This document shows, in pieces, positions 38,884-51,987 of a stretch of 64,000 nucleotides of DNA. The translations under genes and the position numbers were made by a program. Source of the stretch: Octopus sinensis (lineage: Eukaryota). Where the stretch lies: the NCBI RefSeq assembly GCF_006345805.1, contig NC_042998.1:89900001-89964000 (forward strand), in the 5' to 3' direction. The notes below the pieces were generated by a model. The model did no database searches. It was given only the letters and a program-made list of their open reading frames with translations, and was not told the DNA's origin. Numbering within the stretch: position 1 is the first letter of the stretch; each line of letters opens with the position of its first letter.

Positions 38884-39243
38884 CGTGTAAGTGCATATAA
38901 AGAGTACGTATGTTACCAATTCCATAATGAAAGATTAAGTTAAATGCCTAAATATTTCTACAAAGTCAAAAACTAAAATAAAGCTTTTAATGGTCAGTTC
39001 TATTCAAGAAATTCTACTCTAGATCCTCAAAAGTGATAATAAAGAACTAAAATATGGAGTTCAAGGGAGAAAGAAAAAGAAGGTGGGAGAGGAAAAATGA
39101 AAAGAACTCCACAATCACATGGGAGGGTGGTTTACAAACAGGAAGTATTACATTATACGCATGTGTTAAATATTTAAAAACGTACCAACAAGACGCTTGT
39201 TACACAGCTTCATTCAATACCTTTTTATCTTGTTTTGTTTCAG

Positions 39244-39332
39244 TATGTCTTATGTGTTCGCGCGAATACAAACAGATGCAAGACGATTACAAACAGCTGA
39301 GTGGACGTGTTGTAGTACTAGAAAAGGAAAAG
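39244..39332 (+). CDS. EGFL7: EGFL7-like coiled-coil exon 1 (LCLMCSREYKQMQDDYKQLSGRVVVLEKEK)
   Basis: Acceptor ttgttttgtttcAG|, donor AAG|GTCAGT, 89 nt, phase 1-0; resembles EGFL7 ...QRLQSRVDLLEEK. Confidence 0.85.
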
Positions 39333-39354
39333 GTCAGTGTCTAAGGGTCAGTTT

Positions 39355-39385
<31 letters not shown>

Positions 39386-40139
39386 TCTCTCTTTCTCTCT
39401 CCTCTCTCTTTCTTTCTCTCTCCCTCTCTCTTTATTGTCAGCCATTAGCAACTCCATTAGCTCCACCAGCCCATTCTTAATTGACACACGCACACTCAAA
39501 CGTGTGCACACACACAGACGAATACACAAAAATACACAAAATCCCCTTCCCTCCTCATACCCCTGCCTCCCTTCCACACAACCCTTTCCCTTCTCCTCCC
39601 ACAAAGTGTAATTATGAAAACCTTGTGCTCCCAGTATCTTACATGAGTAGAACATGGCCATGTTTATACATCATAAAAGTTTGACGAGTTCGTATCTCTC
39701 CGTTTCAATTGTTTTGTGCTCATACCAGAAGCACTTAATTTTTCACTGCTTCAACGCACATTAAAAATTGGTACTAAGTCTAGGTACAGTTCATTTTTGC
39801 AGGCAAGGATTGACAACAGAATAAAATTAACGATTATTTCGTTAGTATCTGTTACTGAGTTCATCTATTTATAACAGAGTTATCCAAATGTGAATTCTTT
39901 CTTGATAATTCCTATTATAATCGGATAATCTTAGATCGGCCCTAATGAACTTGCATTTTTTTTTTCATTTACCCTTTATATGTGTACATATAACCTTTCA
40001 TTTCCTATTACATACAATAAATGGACTTTGATGTGTAAACTTAGTGATTTGTCAAGAGTCTTACTTATGTATGAAGAGCCTACTAAAACCAAAGACTTCA
40101 AGGTCTACAACTGGCTATGTATGTATGTATGTATGTATG

Positions 40140-40170
<31 letters not shown>

Positions 40171-40342
40171 GTATGTGTGTGTATGTATGTGTGTAACGGG
40201 TAACTTTTATATGTATCGTATATATGTGTGTACCCCGGAAGCCTAAAATCTAAATTTGGCAATGTGTGTACGTTACTCCGGGACCCCAAGGTAAAAGTGT
40301 GGCAATATTTGTATGTATAACTTTTTATACATGTATTCCCAG

Positions 40343-40562
40343 ACAGAAGTACATAACAGTGTGTCCGAACTTTACCAAAATTTAAATCAATGTATGAAAC
40401 AAAAACATCAAGAAAGGAAAAAACCTGCAGAAACGGAAAAAGAGAAAATACCTGTCGACTGGGAACCAGTTGAAATCACCGATAAATCGTTGAAGTCGGT
40501 GGAGCGAATGATCCGATCTATGAGAGAACAAATTGGTTTACTCGAAGAAAGAATAGAAGAGT
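40343..40562 (+). CDS. EGFL7: EGFL7-like coiled-coil exon 2 (TEVHNSVSELYQ...SMREQIGLLEERIEE)
   Basis: Acceptor attcccAG|, donor T|GTAAGC, 220 nt, phase 0-1; end matches the EGFL7/8 C-terminal SLSEQISFLEEQLGSC motif. Confidence 0.88.
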
Positions 40563-40811
40563 GTAAGCTTTATTTTATATTGATGAATATTGCGGAAATA
40601 TCACTGTAACTTATAAATAGTAATTACTTTTACAGTTAAAACAAAACACGAAAGTACTTAGAACATCTGAAATAGAATTCTAGCTTTGTGTTGAGTTCTC
40701 TAGTGTTTTTTCTTCTATAACTGCATGTCTTACTAATAGCATTTATACTTCCGTGAGCTTCGAATTTTGTGAGCAGTGAGCAAAAAGAGGTGCTTAAGTT
40801 ATGTTCTTGCT

Positions 40812-41030
40812 TATATATTAGTTTCAAATTTTGACACAAGGTCAGCAATTACGGGAGTGATGAGTCGATCATATCGACTCCAGTGCTCAACTGGTACTTA
40901 TTTTATCAACCCCAAAAGAATGAAAGGCAAAGTCGGCCCCGATGGTATTCGAACTCAGAACGTAAAGTCAGAAGAAATGCCGTTAAGGATTTTGCCCGGT
41001 GCGGTAACGATTCTGCCAACCCTTCAGTTT
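40812..41030 (-). mobile_element. Old degenerate SINE family; further copies near 4060-4215, 33110-33290, 45395-45590, 46690-46860, 48950-49110 and 59500-59720
   Basis: Recurrent motif ttctgagttcaaat...gtcgactttgcctttcat...gataaaataagtaccagt...ttgctggccttgtg in both orientations; boundaries approximate. Confidence 0.65.
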
Positions 41031-42799
41031 TCATAAGATAAATTCGAGTCATTCATTAGGGTCAACATAAGCCACTATACCCAACTTCGTCTAAACAGGT
41101 TTAATTTGACGCCGCTGTATGATTCAGAATTACTCGCAAATATAAACACTTCAAATTACTTAATCAAATGCCAAATTGTACATTGGCATTTGAGTAAATA
41201 CTTTGCAGTATCTATATTTGACCTGGTTAATTCTAAGCTCAAGTTTCAGATTACTGACAGTTACCTCATCGACCTCCAAAGAGGAATGAAATAAAACGTT
41301 GATTTTACATTTCGTTTATCCTTCTCAGTAGATCTCAGCAATTATGCTAGTGTCAGAAATTGGTTACTTATTACCCATACCTTGTGCCAACAAAAGTATT
41401 CTACATTAAACATGTCTCGCGATGTTTATTCTAACTCTCTACACACTGAATTTAGATCTCATCGAGACCAACTTTGCCTAGCATCCTTTCAGGATCAACA
41501 AAAAAGAACAATGGGTTGGTGAAACTTTAAGAATGTCGGACCTGGCGCCTTGTGGTATTTGTTTTGTCTCTTTGTATCCTGGTTGAAATCGTACCATGGC
41601 CTACTTAGATGGCAAACAACCCATGACCCTTCGGTTCCCTTAACTGAGTCCACTTTGTTGCAAGCTATGGGACCCAGGTTTGAGGATACTTTCCTCTTTC
41701 CCACCAGTTTCAGAAATCATGTAATGTGTATTGTGCTACTTTCCTTCATGACTAAAAGATAAGGATTTTTTAAAAATCGGGTTTAAAGTTTCAAACTAAG
41801 TCTACAGACAAGATTTTAGTTGTCTATCAAAGATAATTCATGTCATTTACTGCTCCAATTCCCTTGAAAAGATACGAACCACAAGTAATCTTAATCATCC
41901 TCCCATACAAATTTGTGACCATGTGTCTAATTAAAATAAAACTATATATACTAAGTTTCTTTTGACAAGACAGAAACCTATGTTTTACGAGTTGAAAGAT
42001 ACGTGTTGAAAAGGTTCGCATTTTCTTTACTTTTATTTGTCTCAGTCCTTTTGGTGTGGTTTCGAGGTCGTTCTATACATCAGCATCAATAATTAAATAT
42101 CTCTTGAACACGCGCGCAAACGCGTGTATGTGAATGTATTTTTATTTTTATTCGGCAAAAATTTACAAAAGAGATTCAAGGGCAGATTTCCATGCATGAC
42201 ATTTCTAAAACTGATTTCAAATGTGAGGGCTTGTTTTGTATATAGAGTGAGTCGAAATTCTTTCTGGCATGTTCGATTAAAAATTAATATTGCAGGGTCA
42301 AAATAGAAATTATGTATTTTCAAACAGTTTGTCCTTTAAATTGAGTTGTCTTGCAAGGGAATTAAGTATAGTAGGCAAAATATACATATAGTTAAAACAA
42401 GTCCAGTTGACTGGGGTTTTTTCTATATAATTTACTCGGGATAGAATAGAAAGCAAAGCTAGCCTTGGTAGGATTTAAAATCAGAACGTAAAAAGACGCA
42501 TCCAAATGCCGTGAGGAGATTTTGTCCGTCAGGTCTGCGAATAATTGTTTCTAATGAAGCATAAGGCCAGAAATTTTGAAGAGAAGTTTGTCGATACCAT
42601 CTGCCCTATTTCTTGATTGGCACCTATTTTATCGACTTCAGTAAGATGAAAGGTGAAGTTGCAAAGTTTAAAATTCTTAGCTGAGAATCTAAGAATTTAA
42701 AACTTTGCAACTTGTTAAAAGCTGAAACAAATACCACAATGCATGCATTCATACATACATACATACATACATACATACATACATACATACATACATACA

Positions 42800-44560
42800 A
42801 AGGATTCACTAGCTGTGAATCCTTTGTCAGCCCTGTTAACAAAATGCCATGGCTACATGATGGGATATGCAGAAAAGAATAAAGTTAACGTTACCCGTAC
42901 ATTTTTTGATGACCTAAAATCATATTCTGATAATATGACCAACATAAAGAGACAATTAGAATTAGTCACAACATTCTCATGAGGTATAGGAATGGAGTTT
43001 GGGCAAGATAAATGCTCATACATGATAATCAATCTAGGAAAGATTGTCGAGCAGGCGGAGAACATGTCCTTCAACATGTCCTTGTTTATCTCCCCGATCT
43101 CTAATGATGAAAGCTACAAATACCTCGGAATCGATGAGAATGTTGCATACATTGGCGTTGTGACTAGATTCTGAATTACAAAAGAGTATTTCTATAGACT
43201 CTTGAAAATATGGAACTCGGAGCTTTCTGCATTTAACGAGACCATATCTCACAATGCTTTTACAGTACCAGTGCTAGTAACAACATTTGGAATATTGGCC
43301 TGGACATCCAATAAGATACGCAACCTGGACATCAAAACCGGAAAGGTACTGACCACCACTGTCAACTTCCACATTAATATTGACATTGATAGGATTAATA
43401 TGAAACAAAGTGATGGTGGTAGGAATATAAAGTCAGTCCAAACAGCCTTTGAATGTTGCACTATCACTCAGAAAACACCTGCTGAACACTAAAGAAAAGA
43501 AATGTGTACATTCCATTCATACTCAAATGTGAGAATAACATCTTCAGAGTTGGAAAAGAACTAATGTGCCATTAGTCTGAAAATACAACTGACTCATGCG
43601 ACCCAAAGGAGGCTGGGCTGACCTACCTAAACAGAAGCTTGGAAGAGATGCAGATATCATACCAACAGAAATCAAATGCATGTGTACATATCCCGTTGGC
43701 TAGAGAGCAACAATAGCATCGACAAGAAGTGTATCTTCTCCTGGACCTGCGATAGATGCATTACATCCCACCTTGAAGGATATGCCTTTGCTATCCAGGA
43801 ACAGGAGATAGCTATTAGCTGATAAACAAAAGGGACAAAGATACCACCAAACGTTGTGATAAAAAATGTTGGCTCTGCTATACCAGTATGGAAGATATCA
43901 CCCACATCATCAGCAGCTGCTCCAAAATGTCTACCAGATACTACCTGTTCCTGAGGCATAATATAGTTGCAAAGACTAGGAAGGACTACCCTGACGAATA
44001 CATTAAAGGCATGTCAGAACCAGCAGGTATTCACACCTTTAAAAACAAGGTATCCTACTGGAACACCCCAATAAAAACATCAATTCGGTGCAAGCATGAC
44101 AGACCTGATATTGTTCTATGAGACGGTGAACAAAAGTCATGCACTGTTGTAGAGGTCAGCTGCCCAACAGACGTGAATGTACAATCAAAAGTCCAGGAAA
44201 AAAGAAAGCTTTTTATCTGTCATCATAGGTGTATTTGGTTACGTACCAACAAATTTGCACAAAAACCTAGAAATACTTGTTTCACAGGAAAAGAGCAAAA
44301 GAAACTGATGCGGATTCTCCACATCTAATCTATGAGCGGCACAGTGAAGAATTGTAAGACATTCCAGCAATTCTTCATGTGAGACTCATATGTGAATAGT
44401 TGCACATATTTGGGTGTAAGCATCGACAGTTCAATCAACACACCAACTGAACCACATATTCACAAACACCGGGAGCTCTCTTAACTCAAAAGGTCTTGTT
44501 GCTTTGTTAGCAACCGGCTTAAACTTTCTCAAGAAAAACTTGAATTAAACTCCAAGAATA
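42800..44560 (+). mobile_element. R4/Dong-clade LINE, 5'-truncated and decayed
   Basis: MEFGQDKC, YKYLGIDE, VPVLVTTFGILAW, EDITHIISSC...RHNIVA and HDRPDIVL; same family as 25650-27830. Confidence 0.8.
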
Positions 44561-44989
44561 ATCATACATACACATATCACATCACATACATGAGTCGGTC
44601 TGATAAGTATAATGCATGAAATTTTCGGCCCTTGTGTCACGTTTGTAACTTTCTACCGATTAAAAATGAAAATTTTATTTTCTAATGTACTGAGTTCTAA
44701 CTCTCCTATTTGTTGTAACAAAACTATATGATGCGCGCGCGCGTGTGTGTGTGTGCGTGTGTGTGCGTGTGTGTGCCTTACGTGCGTGTTTTGTTGACGT
44801 CATAAAAAGTTAACTTTTGAGAGAACGTGAAGTCATTTTTTTTTAACAGTGAATCTGAAAGCACATAAAGCTATAAACAATAGCATGTAAATATTGGGTT
44901 AAAAAATGTAACTTCATGTGCTTTAAAATCCCGTTGTTTTTCCTTCTTTTGTCTTACCTTTTTCTTATACTTCTTGCATTGTCTTTCAG

Positions 44990-45021
44990 GTGTACCTCAA
45001 GAAGTAGAATCATCAACCTGA
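44990..45021 (+). CDS. EGFL7: EGFL7-like terminal coding exon (CVPQEVESST*)
   Basis: Long pyrimidine tract ending gtctttcAG|; phase 1 restores TGT (Cys); TGA at 45019-45021; AATAAA follows at 45023 and 45276. Confidence 0.7.
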
Positions 45022-45275
45022 AAATAAAACCAAAACACCAATTCAAGACAAAATCAAAGTGATTATCGCTTCGGTTAAGCCAAGCTTTAATAGTGGATAT
45101 AGCTATATTAGTTAGTTGTGTGTTGCAAACTTATTAAATGCTATCAAAACTGGAAGATCCAATTACATACGTTTCACCGTCATTGTGACAATAAGGGGAG
45201 CAACACAAATAACGTTTGTCGTAAGAAATTACATCCACTTGATCACCATCTTATTATAAATGTCTGATATAAGAA

Positions 45276-45281
45276 AATAAA
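45276..45281 (+). promoter_or_regulatory. Candidate polyadenylation signal of the EGFL7-like gene
   Basis: AATAAA about 255 nt after the stop, followed by T/GT-rich sequence. Confidence 0.35.
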
Positions 45282-45680
45282 ATTTATTGTCTTCATTTGT
45301 ACATTTTGATAAAAATTTTCTTCCAAAGCTTAATTTTGTAAAGTTGAATTCTTATTCACAGAACGATTATGACAAATGATTTGTAGAATCATTAGAGTCG
45401 GGCAAAATGCTGTGTGGTATTTGTTCTAGTTTTTCATATTCTAAGCTCAGAATGTAAAACTTTCAAACGTTACCTGTTATTCCTCCGAAGTCGATAAAAT
45501 AAAGTCTCAGTCAAATACTGGGGTTGATGATACTGAGTAAGCCTATCACCTCAAAATTGCTGGCCTTGTACCTAAATTAGAAACAATTATTAGCAGAACT
45601 CAAACCCTTCCATAGCCGGTCGCAAATCCTGTTGTGAAAGGATGAGGGTTGTAGATGTAGTGTTAGCAACCCTGCACTAT

Positions 45681-46440
45681 TTATTACCTCCGCCAAGGAA
45701 GGAGCTTATGTTTACATTGGCGTTGGCTTATCTGTCTGTGTGCAAAATAACTCAAAAAGTTGTAAACGGTATTTAATGAAACTTGCAGGAAAAGTTGGCA
45801 ATAACACAAGGAACAGATGATGAAATTTTGGTAGTGATCCGGAATTTTGTATGGATTCTTGAAGGATTTTTCATTTGTTATATTTACTTTACATGAAGTA
45901 TTACAATGTTACGTTCTTTGATTATCTCCCTTGAAAACACATGGTTTTCATGTAACCTAAGGTGACTTTGCTGTCTAGAGACAGTGTTGATAATGACGAT
46001 GGTCGAGAGGAGAATAGTATCGGTGGTTATAATGGCGACAGGAGCGGTGTAATGTGCGATGCTGAGGTGATGGTGGTAATAATGGTGTTGATGATAGTGT
46101 TAGTTGTGTGATGGTATTGCAGTGGTTTTGCTGGTTGTGGTGGTGAAAGTAACTGTCAAGGTAACCGTCATGATAACACTGATGGCGGTGTATGTGGAAG
46201 CAATAACAATGCTGCTGATGATGTTGGTGGTTGTGAACTGCTTCAGATGATTCCTGTTTTTAAAGAGTTTTTTTTTTCTTAAAATCATATGGCTGTGTTA
46301 TTTTTTTTTTTAACCCCCGCCAAAGGAGGTTATGTTTTTACCGGTGTTGGTTTGGGAAATTGGGCGATTTTCAACATGTGTGTATATGGGTGGAAATGAG
46401 CTGCTTGGCGGAGGTCTGCGCTCTCCGAGTGCTTTTCTAG
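45681..46440 (+). mobile_element. Helentron/DINE-1-like non-autonomous element (HINE)
   Basis: Sub-terminal inverted repeats ACCTCCGCCAAG (45686-97) and CTTGGCGGAGGT (46404-15); 3' stem-loop GCGCTC-tcc-GAGTGC then TTTTCTAG; T-rich insertion site. Confidence 0.6.
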
Positions 46441-48784
46441 TTTTCTACTGAAACAGCTACCAGGGAACGTATGAAACTGATCCTGGTAAGGAGGGTAGTC
46501 CTCAGAGACTGTGTATGAAGCAATGCAATGAAAACTGAAAGAAACACTGACAGGTGGCTAGAAATGGGGACAACTACAATCTATTGAGACAGATGGAGAT
46601 TTCTTGTTGGTGCCCAATTTTCTATATTGAGTCAAGGAAAAACAAAAGAGCAACAGAAGACCGAAAAAAATACTTTGGGAGAGATTATAGTAGAACTAAC
46701 TATTCCCGGAATGCTGAAAGGCGAAGATGACGTCGGCAAGATTCAAACTCAGAACATAAAAGGCAGTAACTAAATTACCACTAGGAATTTTGATTGGCGC
46801 GCCGCAAATTCTGCCATTCACCGTCCTCTAATTATTATTATAAGTAATCAGAAGGGTCGTGGATTGGCAAAGTCGTTGAGCACGGGACAACAGTGCTTAG
46901 TTACAATCCTATACGTATGGGTTTAAATCTCGCCGAAGTCAACTTAATCTTTCAACACAGGAGTCAACAAAATTTTAGTCAAGTAGTATGGATGATACAA
47001 TTGACTATATATAAGCAATATGTGGACTTTTGTCAATCATAAAAGTATTAACAATCGGTTGGCCAGGAGACACTTTATTCACAAATAATTGTCAGAGAGG
47101 TATACTATTCTCAAAGTTGCTTCACTTTCCTTTAAATTATTCTGTTGATTTATCTTTGTTTTAATTATGCTAACTACATATGTACGCACTCTTCATGTTT
47201 TATCCCCCTCTTTATCAAAAATTAAATCTTCTCAGCGATTATGTTTCTGTTTTCCTAGACCACGTTGATTATTTATATTTGCTTTTGGTAATTATTCTCT
47301 AAAACTGAATCCCATCCTTTAGTAAATCTAATTTGATTAAAAACACATTTTTTTTTCATAATTGCACTGCGTTATAGGTATTTTAGTCCATCTGGTACTG
47401 GCGTTTAGCTCCATCTCAGTCTGATCACGGAAATCTATGATCACGTCCATTTTAACTTTGACAAACTCGTATCTTTTCACGTTAATTTACGTTGTCAAAT
47501 ATGTTCTTTTAAAACCAAAAGGCGTTATTTGAAAGAGTTTGGTTGCAATTTCTAACAGCCTAAATGACTGCATAGAGGCTTTCACCTTGTACCAAGCGGA
47601 ATATTTTCCAATTACTATTTTCATTTGTTTTATCCAAACTACTGCTAGGGACTATTAAGTTTTACATAACCTGTGCAAGAAAGGAAATAAGGAAATCTTT
47701 CTGGATTTCTCTTATAGTAAAGCATGCACAAATCTCATTGATATCCTTTCCATCCTTTACAATATATTCCTTTCTTTCTACAATTTCTTCCACGAGACAC
47801 TTAACCTTTTAGTTTTTAGGTTTGAGTTTAAGTATCAATGACTTATATTTAATTAAACTAATAAATTCTCCAATCTGTTGAGTTTTATCTTGAAAAAGCT
47901 TAAGATTTACTTCCTCAGAGGATTTTTTCTTTTAATTTCTTTTCCAAGTTCACACACACACACACACATTTCATCCCATTCTTTCACAATTCATGCTGAT
48001 CATTACCTTAGCCAATTTCGCTTCTTTTACGTTTCTGAGTCTTCCAGCCGCTACTTTTATTGGGACAAGAGTTTTATTTCTTTACTGAAGCGTATGAATG
48101 CATTAGATGTCACATACACGATAGTTAGCAGCTTTCATAGAATTTTCTCTTGCAAAGATATTTACACTATTCTGCTCTTGTTTTATTATATTTACTAAGC
48201 TCAAATGAAACAGTCTTTCGAAAGTATACATTTATGATGTCAATAAATAAATAGATAATTGTTCAATTTCACACTTCTGATTCAATGGGTGTCTTCTCAT
48301 GGACCCACTTGTTACTTCAAGAAGCCTAAAAATCAGTGTCTCCCGGTAATATCTAACGGAAGTGTAAGAGAGCCCTGAGTAACTGAGATATATGGTTTAT
48401 ATGCTTTTACTCATTGACAAGCACTTCCAATTTCGTCCACTATTTATCCATCATCTCACTTACCGGGTCACAAACATATTCTGGTATATATAAATGTATG
48501 ATGCAATTACGGTAAAATATATCGTTAGCTTTGTGATAGTTAAAAAGAGACACAGTCAGTCAAGTTTCGGTGATAGTTTCTAGCTTTGCCAGGATTAAAT
48601 GTCTTAGAGTATTTAGTTACCATACACAACGTTGACTTCACACGATGCCGATGCTAATAAAATAAGTACCAGTCAAGTACTAGAATTAATTTAATTGACT
48701 GTACCTCTCATCGAAAATGTGTGAACTTGTACCATTTCTAGAAAACTTTAAGGCTATTAACGGAGTGTAGTATTTAGAATACAC

Positions 48785-48866
<82 letters not shown>

Positions 48867-49959
48867 ACACATACACACACAGACTACAATGCGTGAATTT
48901 TTTTTTAATGTAAAATAGAAAAAGATAATTATTATTTTTAATCAAGACGGCTAGCTGATAGAATCGTTATTAACATTTATTTCGGCTCTTCATGTCCTAA
49001 GTTCAAATTTCGGGCGCGATAAAATAAGTACTAGTTGCACACTGAGATCAATGTAATCGTCTATACCCTTCTCCCAAAACTTCAGGCCTTGTCCCTATTG
49101 CAGACAGAATTATTATTAGTAGTAGTATTGTCATAACACTCTTTGACTTGGTCTGTCGATTTGATCATACCATATTCCTTGTCACAACGTACACTAACTC
49201 CCATTCACCAGGATTTTATTTCGTTAAAGATACCAACGGATAAAAACAGTCTTTTATTTACTGCCAGATTTTGGAGGCGTACTCCAAATTGTCTATGTAA
49301 GATAATTGTCTATGTAAGATAACATTTAGGTATCTATTATTCGCTAATTTTGTCATTTTAACACATTACAGTGGTTTGAAACGCGAATCAGTGACGGAGG
49401 TTCGAAAGGTCACGCTACCTGCAAGAAAAAACAACCAAATTTCTTTCAATTTACATCTTGGAAGAATGCATTGGGTAATGTAGTTCACGATATCTAACAA
49501 AGACGAGGTGGTTATGGCTGGAATGCTTTTAATCAAAGCTTCAGATGTGAGCTAATCTGAACCTAACCACTGGACCACGTGCCTTCATGTTCAGTATATA
49601 TATTTTCTCTTAAACCTTCCATCAAATAGCTCCGAGTTATATATCGTCACGAGAGATAACTATGGTTTTCTTTTTCCTTTTTAATGTGACAGACAGCCAA
49701 TAAATGTACCCTTTTAAGTACATTTAAAATTTATACATTCTATATTCTTGGAAGGTTGTTTTCCGAGGCAGCAATAGAATATAAGCAGCTAGATGAAATT
49801 AAGTTGATTGAAATTCACTTGAAATAATTTTAGTTAGTTCTTTATGAAAACCTTTTCAGATTAACACGAATCCTTAAATTTGGTACACATTCCTGGATTT
49901 CGTCAAGTTAAAAGAGATAATCAGTTACATGATAGCAGATTATATGTCCTCGGAAGAAA

Positions 49960-50560
49960 CACTTTCCCCTTGGAGAACTTTATTCCAGCATTTCACACTA
50001 ACCTGTCCTGTCACCTCTATCTATAGCGTCTAAAGACCTGAACACTAACATCAGTAATAAGATACCTGATCTCTCCTCTTCAAAATAAATATTTGATAAG
50101 GCAACCCCTTACTACAACAATGCCCTAGCTACCGGTGGCTTCAAAGATAAGATATATTACAGCCTTCAATTAAAAATATGAAACCTAAAAATAAGCCAGA
50201 GAAAATAATATGCTTGACCTCTCATCCCTTCTTAAATATTAAAACTAACGTAGGCATGAAATTCCTGGCTCTTTGAGGTAAGCATTTCCCAGTAGACTAT
50301 AAATACAAGATTTTTAATAGACGCTCGATAAAACTATCATACATCGAAGAACGATAGCATTCATACATATGAAGAACGATAGCATTCATAAACCTCACCA
50401 AGAGCTCCACTCCCAGTTGTAACTGTCGAGACTCTGGAGTTTTCCCGCTTGACCAGGCACGTATGAGGCAGAAGTCAAATCAACACTTCAAGGTAATGTA
50501 ACTGAAGAGAAAAATTACATCGGATTATGCAAAGGCAATTATAAAGACGTTGTTATACAC
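49960..50560 (+). mobile_element. Penelope-like element fragment (RT thumb/linker to GIY-YIG start)
   Basis: IFDKATPYYNNALATGGFKDKI...NIKTNVGMKFL...KHFP...KIFNRRSIKLSY...CNCR recoverable across stops. Confidence 0.7.
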
Positions 50561-50879
50561 CATCAGTTTTCTTTCTGGCACACCGACCAAAGTAAGGCCA
50601 CTAAGCTGGTTAGCTACGTATGACGCTCGAAGACAAACCACACCACATATAGAAGTGAAGAATCGTGGAGAAATCGATGCCATACGTAAATAGATCTAAG
50701 AAATGCAACTTATGCTGAAAGATCGCACATTCTTTTTAGAACCCAAAACTCCACCACACGACTTAGTTCCAGATCTGAAATTTTCCGCAAACGCAAGCAT
50801 ATGGACAAATTACTTTTGATGAACTGCAGGGTACTACCTTCTCCAGATTGAGCAGCTGTCTCATAGACTTTGGACCCCT

Positions 50880-51249
50880 CTCTGTTGAATTATTCTACAT
50901 TCAGCGCTGCCAGTGCAGCAGCTTTTGGCAAAGCACCGCAGTCCTCAGATCCGACAATCACCGTATTCTCCAGATCTCACCCCTTGCAACTTTCTCCTCT
51001 TTCCAAAAATCAATTCCCGCTTGAAAGGAAGAAGATTTCAGGATGTCGAGGAAATCAAAGTGAATGCGACGAGGCAACTACTGATTATACCAGAAAATGA
51101 GTTCCAGGAATGCTCCCATCAATGGAAACAGCGCTGGATTAAGTATATGGCTTCCGAAGGGGGCTACTTTGAAGGAGATTAAATGCCAAATTGGTACGTG
51201 TTGTTTTGTTTTTATAGCACCAATCTGGACACTTATTGATCAGACCTCG
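50880..51249 (+). mobile_element. Mariner transposase C-terminal fragment with right TIR
   Basis: PYSPDLTPCNF...LKGRRF...EGGYFEGD; TIR CACTTATTGATCAGACCTCG|TA matches the 7561-7582 TIR family. Confidence 0.85.
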
Positions 51250-51447
51250 TATATGTGTGTGCGCGTATAGTCTTAGTTACGCAGTTTCATGTGCGTGCGC
51301 GCACATATGCAAACATACACAAACGCCTTCAATAGGCATACTTATGTATGTATGTACGTATGTATGTATGTAATGTATAGAAGCCTATTGAAGGGTGTTT
51401 TTGTGGGTTGGCGTGTGTGTGCGCATGCACTCACTCACACATACGAA

Positions 51448-51502
<55 letters not shown>

Positions 51503-51683
51503 GTGTAACTTAGACTTTACTTAAGAAATAGTGTAAATAAAAGACATGTGTAAAGCAACTATTCAAATGAGAAAAATAATGACAAACTTCCTTATCCGAG
51601 TCATGCAGCTATCACTGCTAGACAAATATGGTAGCCATTACGCCAATCGTGTGTATATGAATCATTGTGTTTATGCAGTTTTA

Positions 51684-51740
<57 letters not shown>

Positions 51741-51956
51741 GTAAGTGCAGCCCTCGCAATGCAAAAGAGTGCAGAACAGTCACAACTAGAAATACAGTAT
51801 ATCTTCTAGTACTGTTTGAACTGTGTTCCTCAAACAACGGTCCTTTATCTCAATTTATATAAACATCATAGTAAAATGTGCAGTCTGTTGTTGCCACGTC
51901 ATTCAGCAGTGTTTCTACATTTACATTTCGTTGGTAGTTTGAGTGTGTGTGTGTGT

Positions 51957-51987
<31 letters not shown>

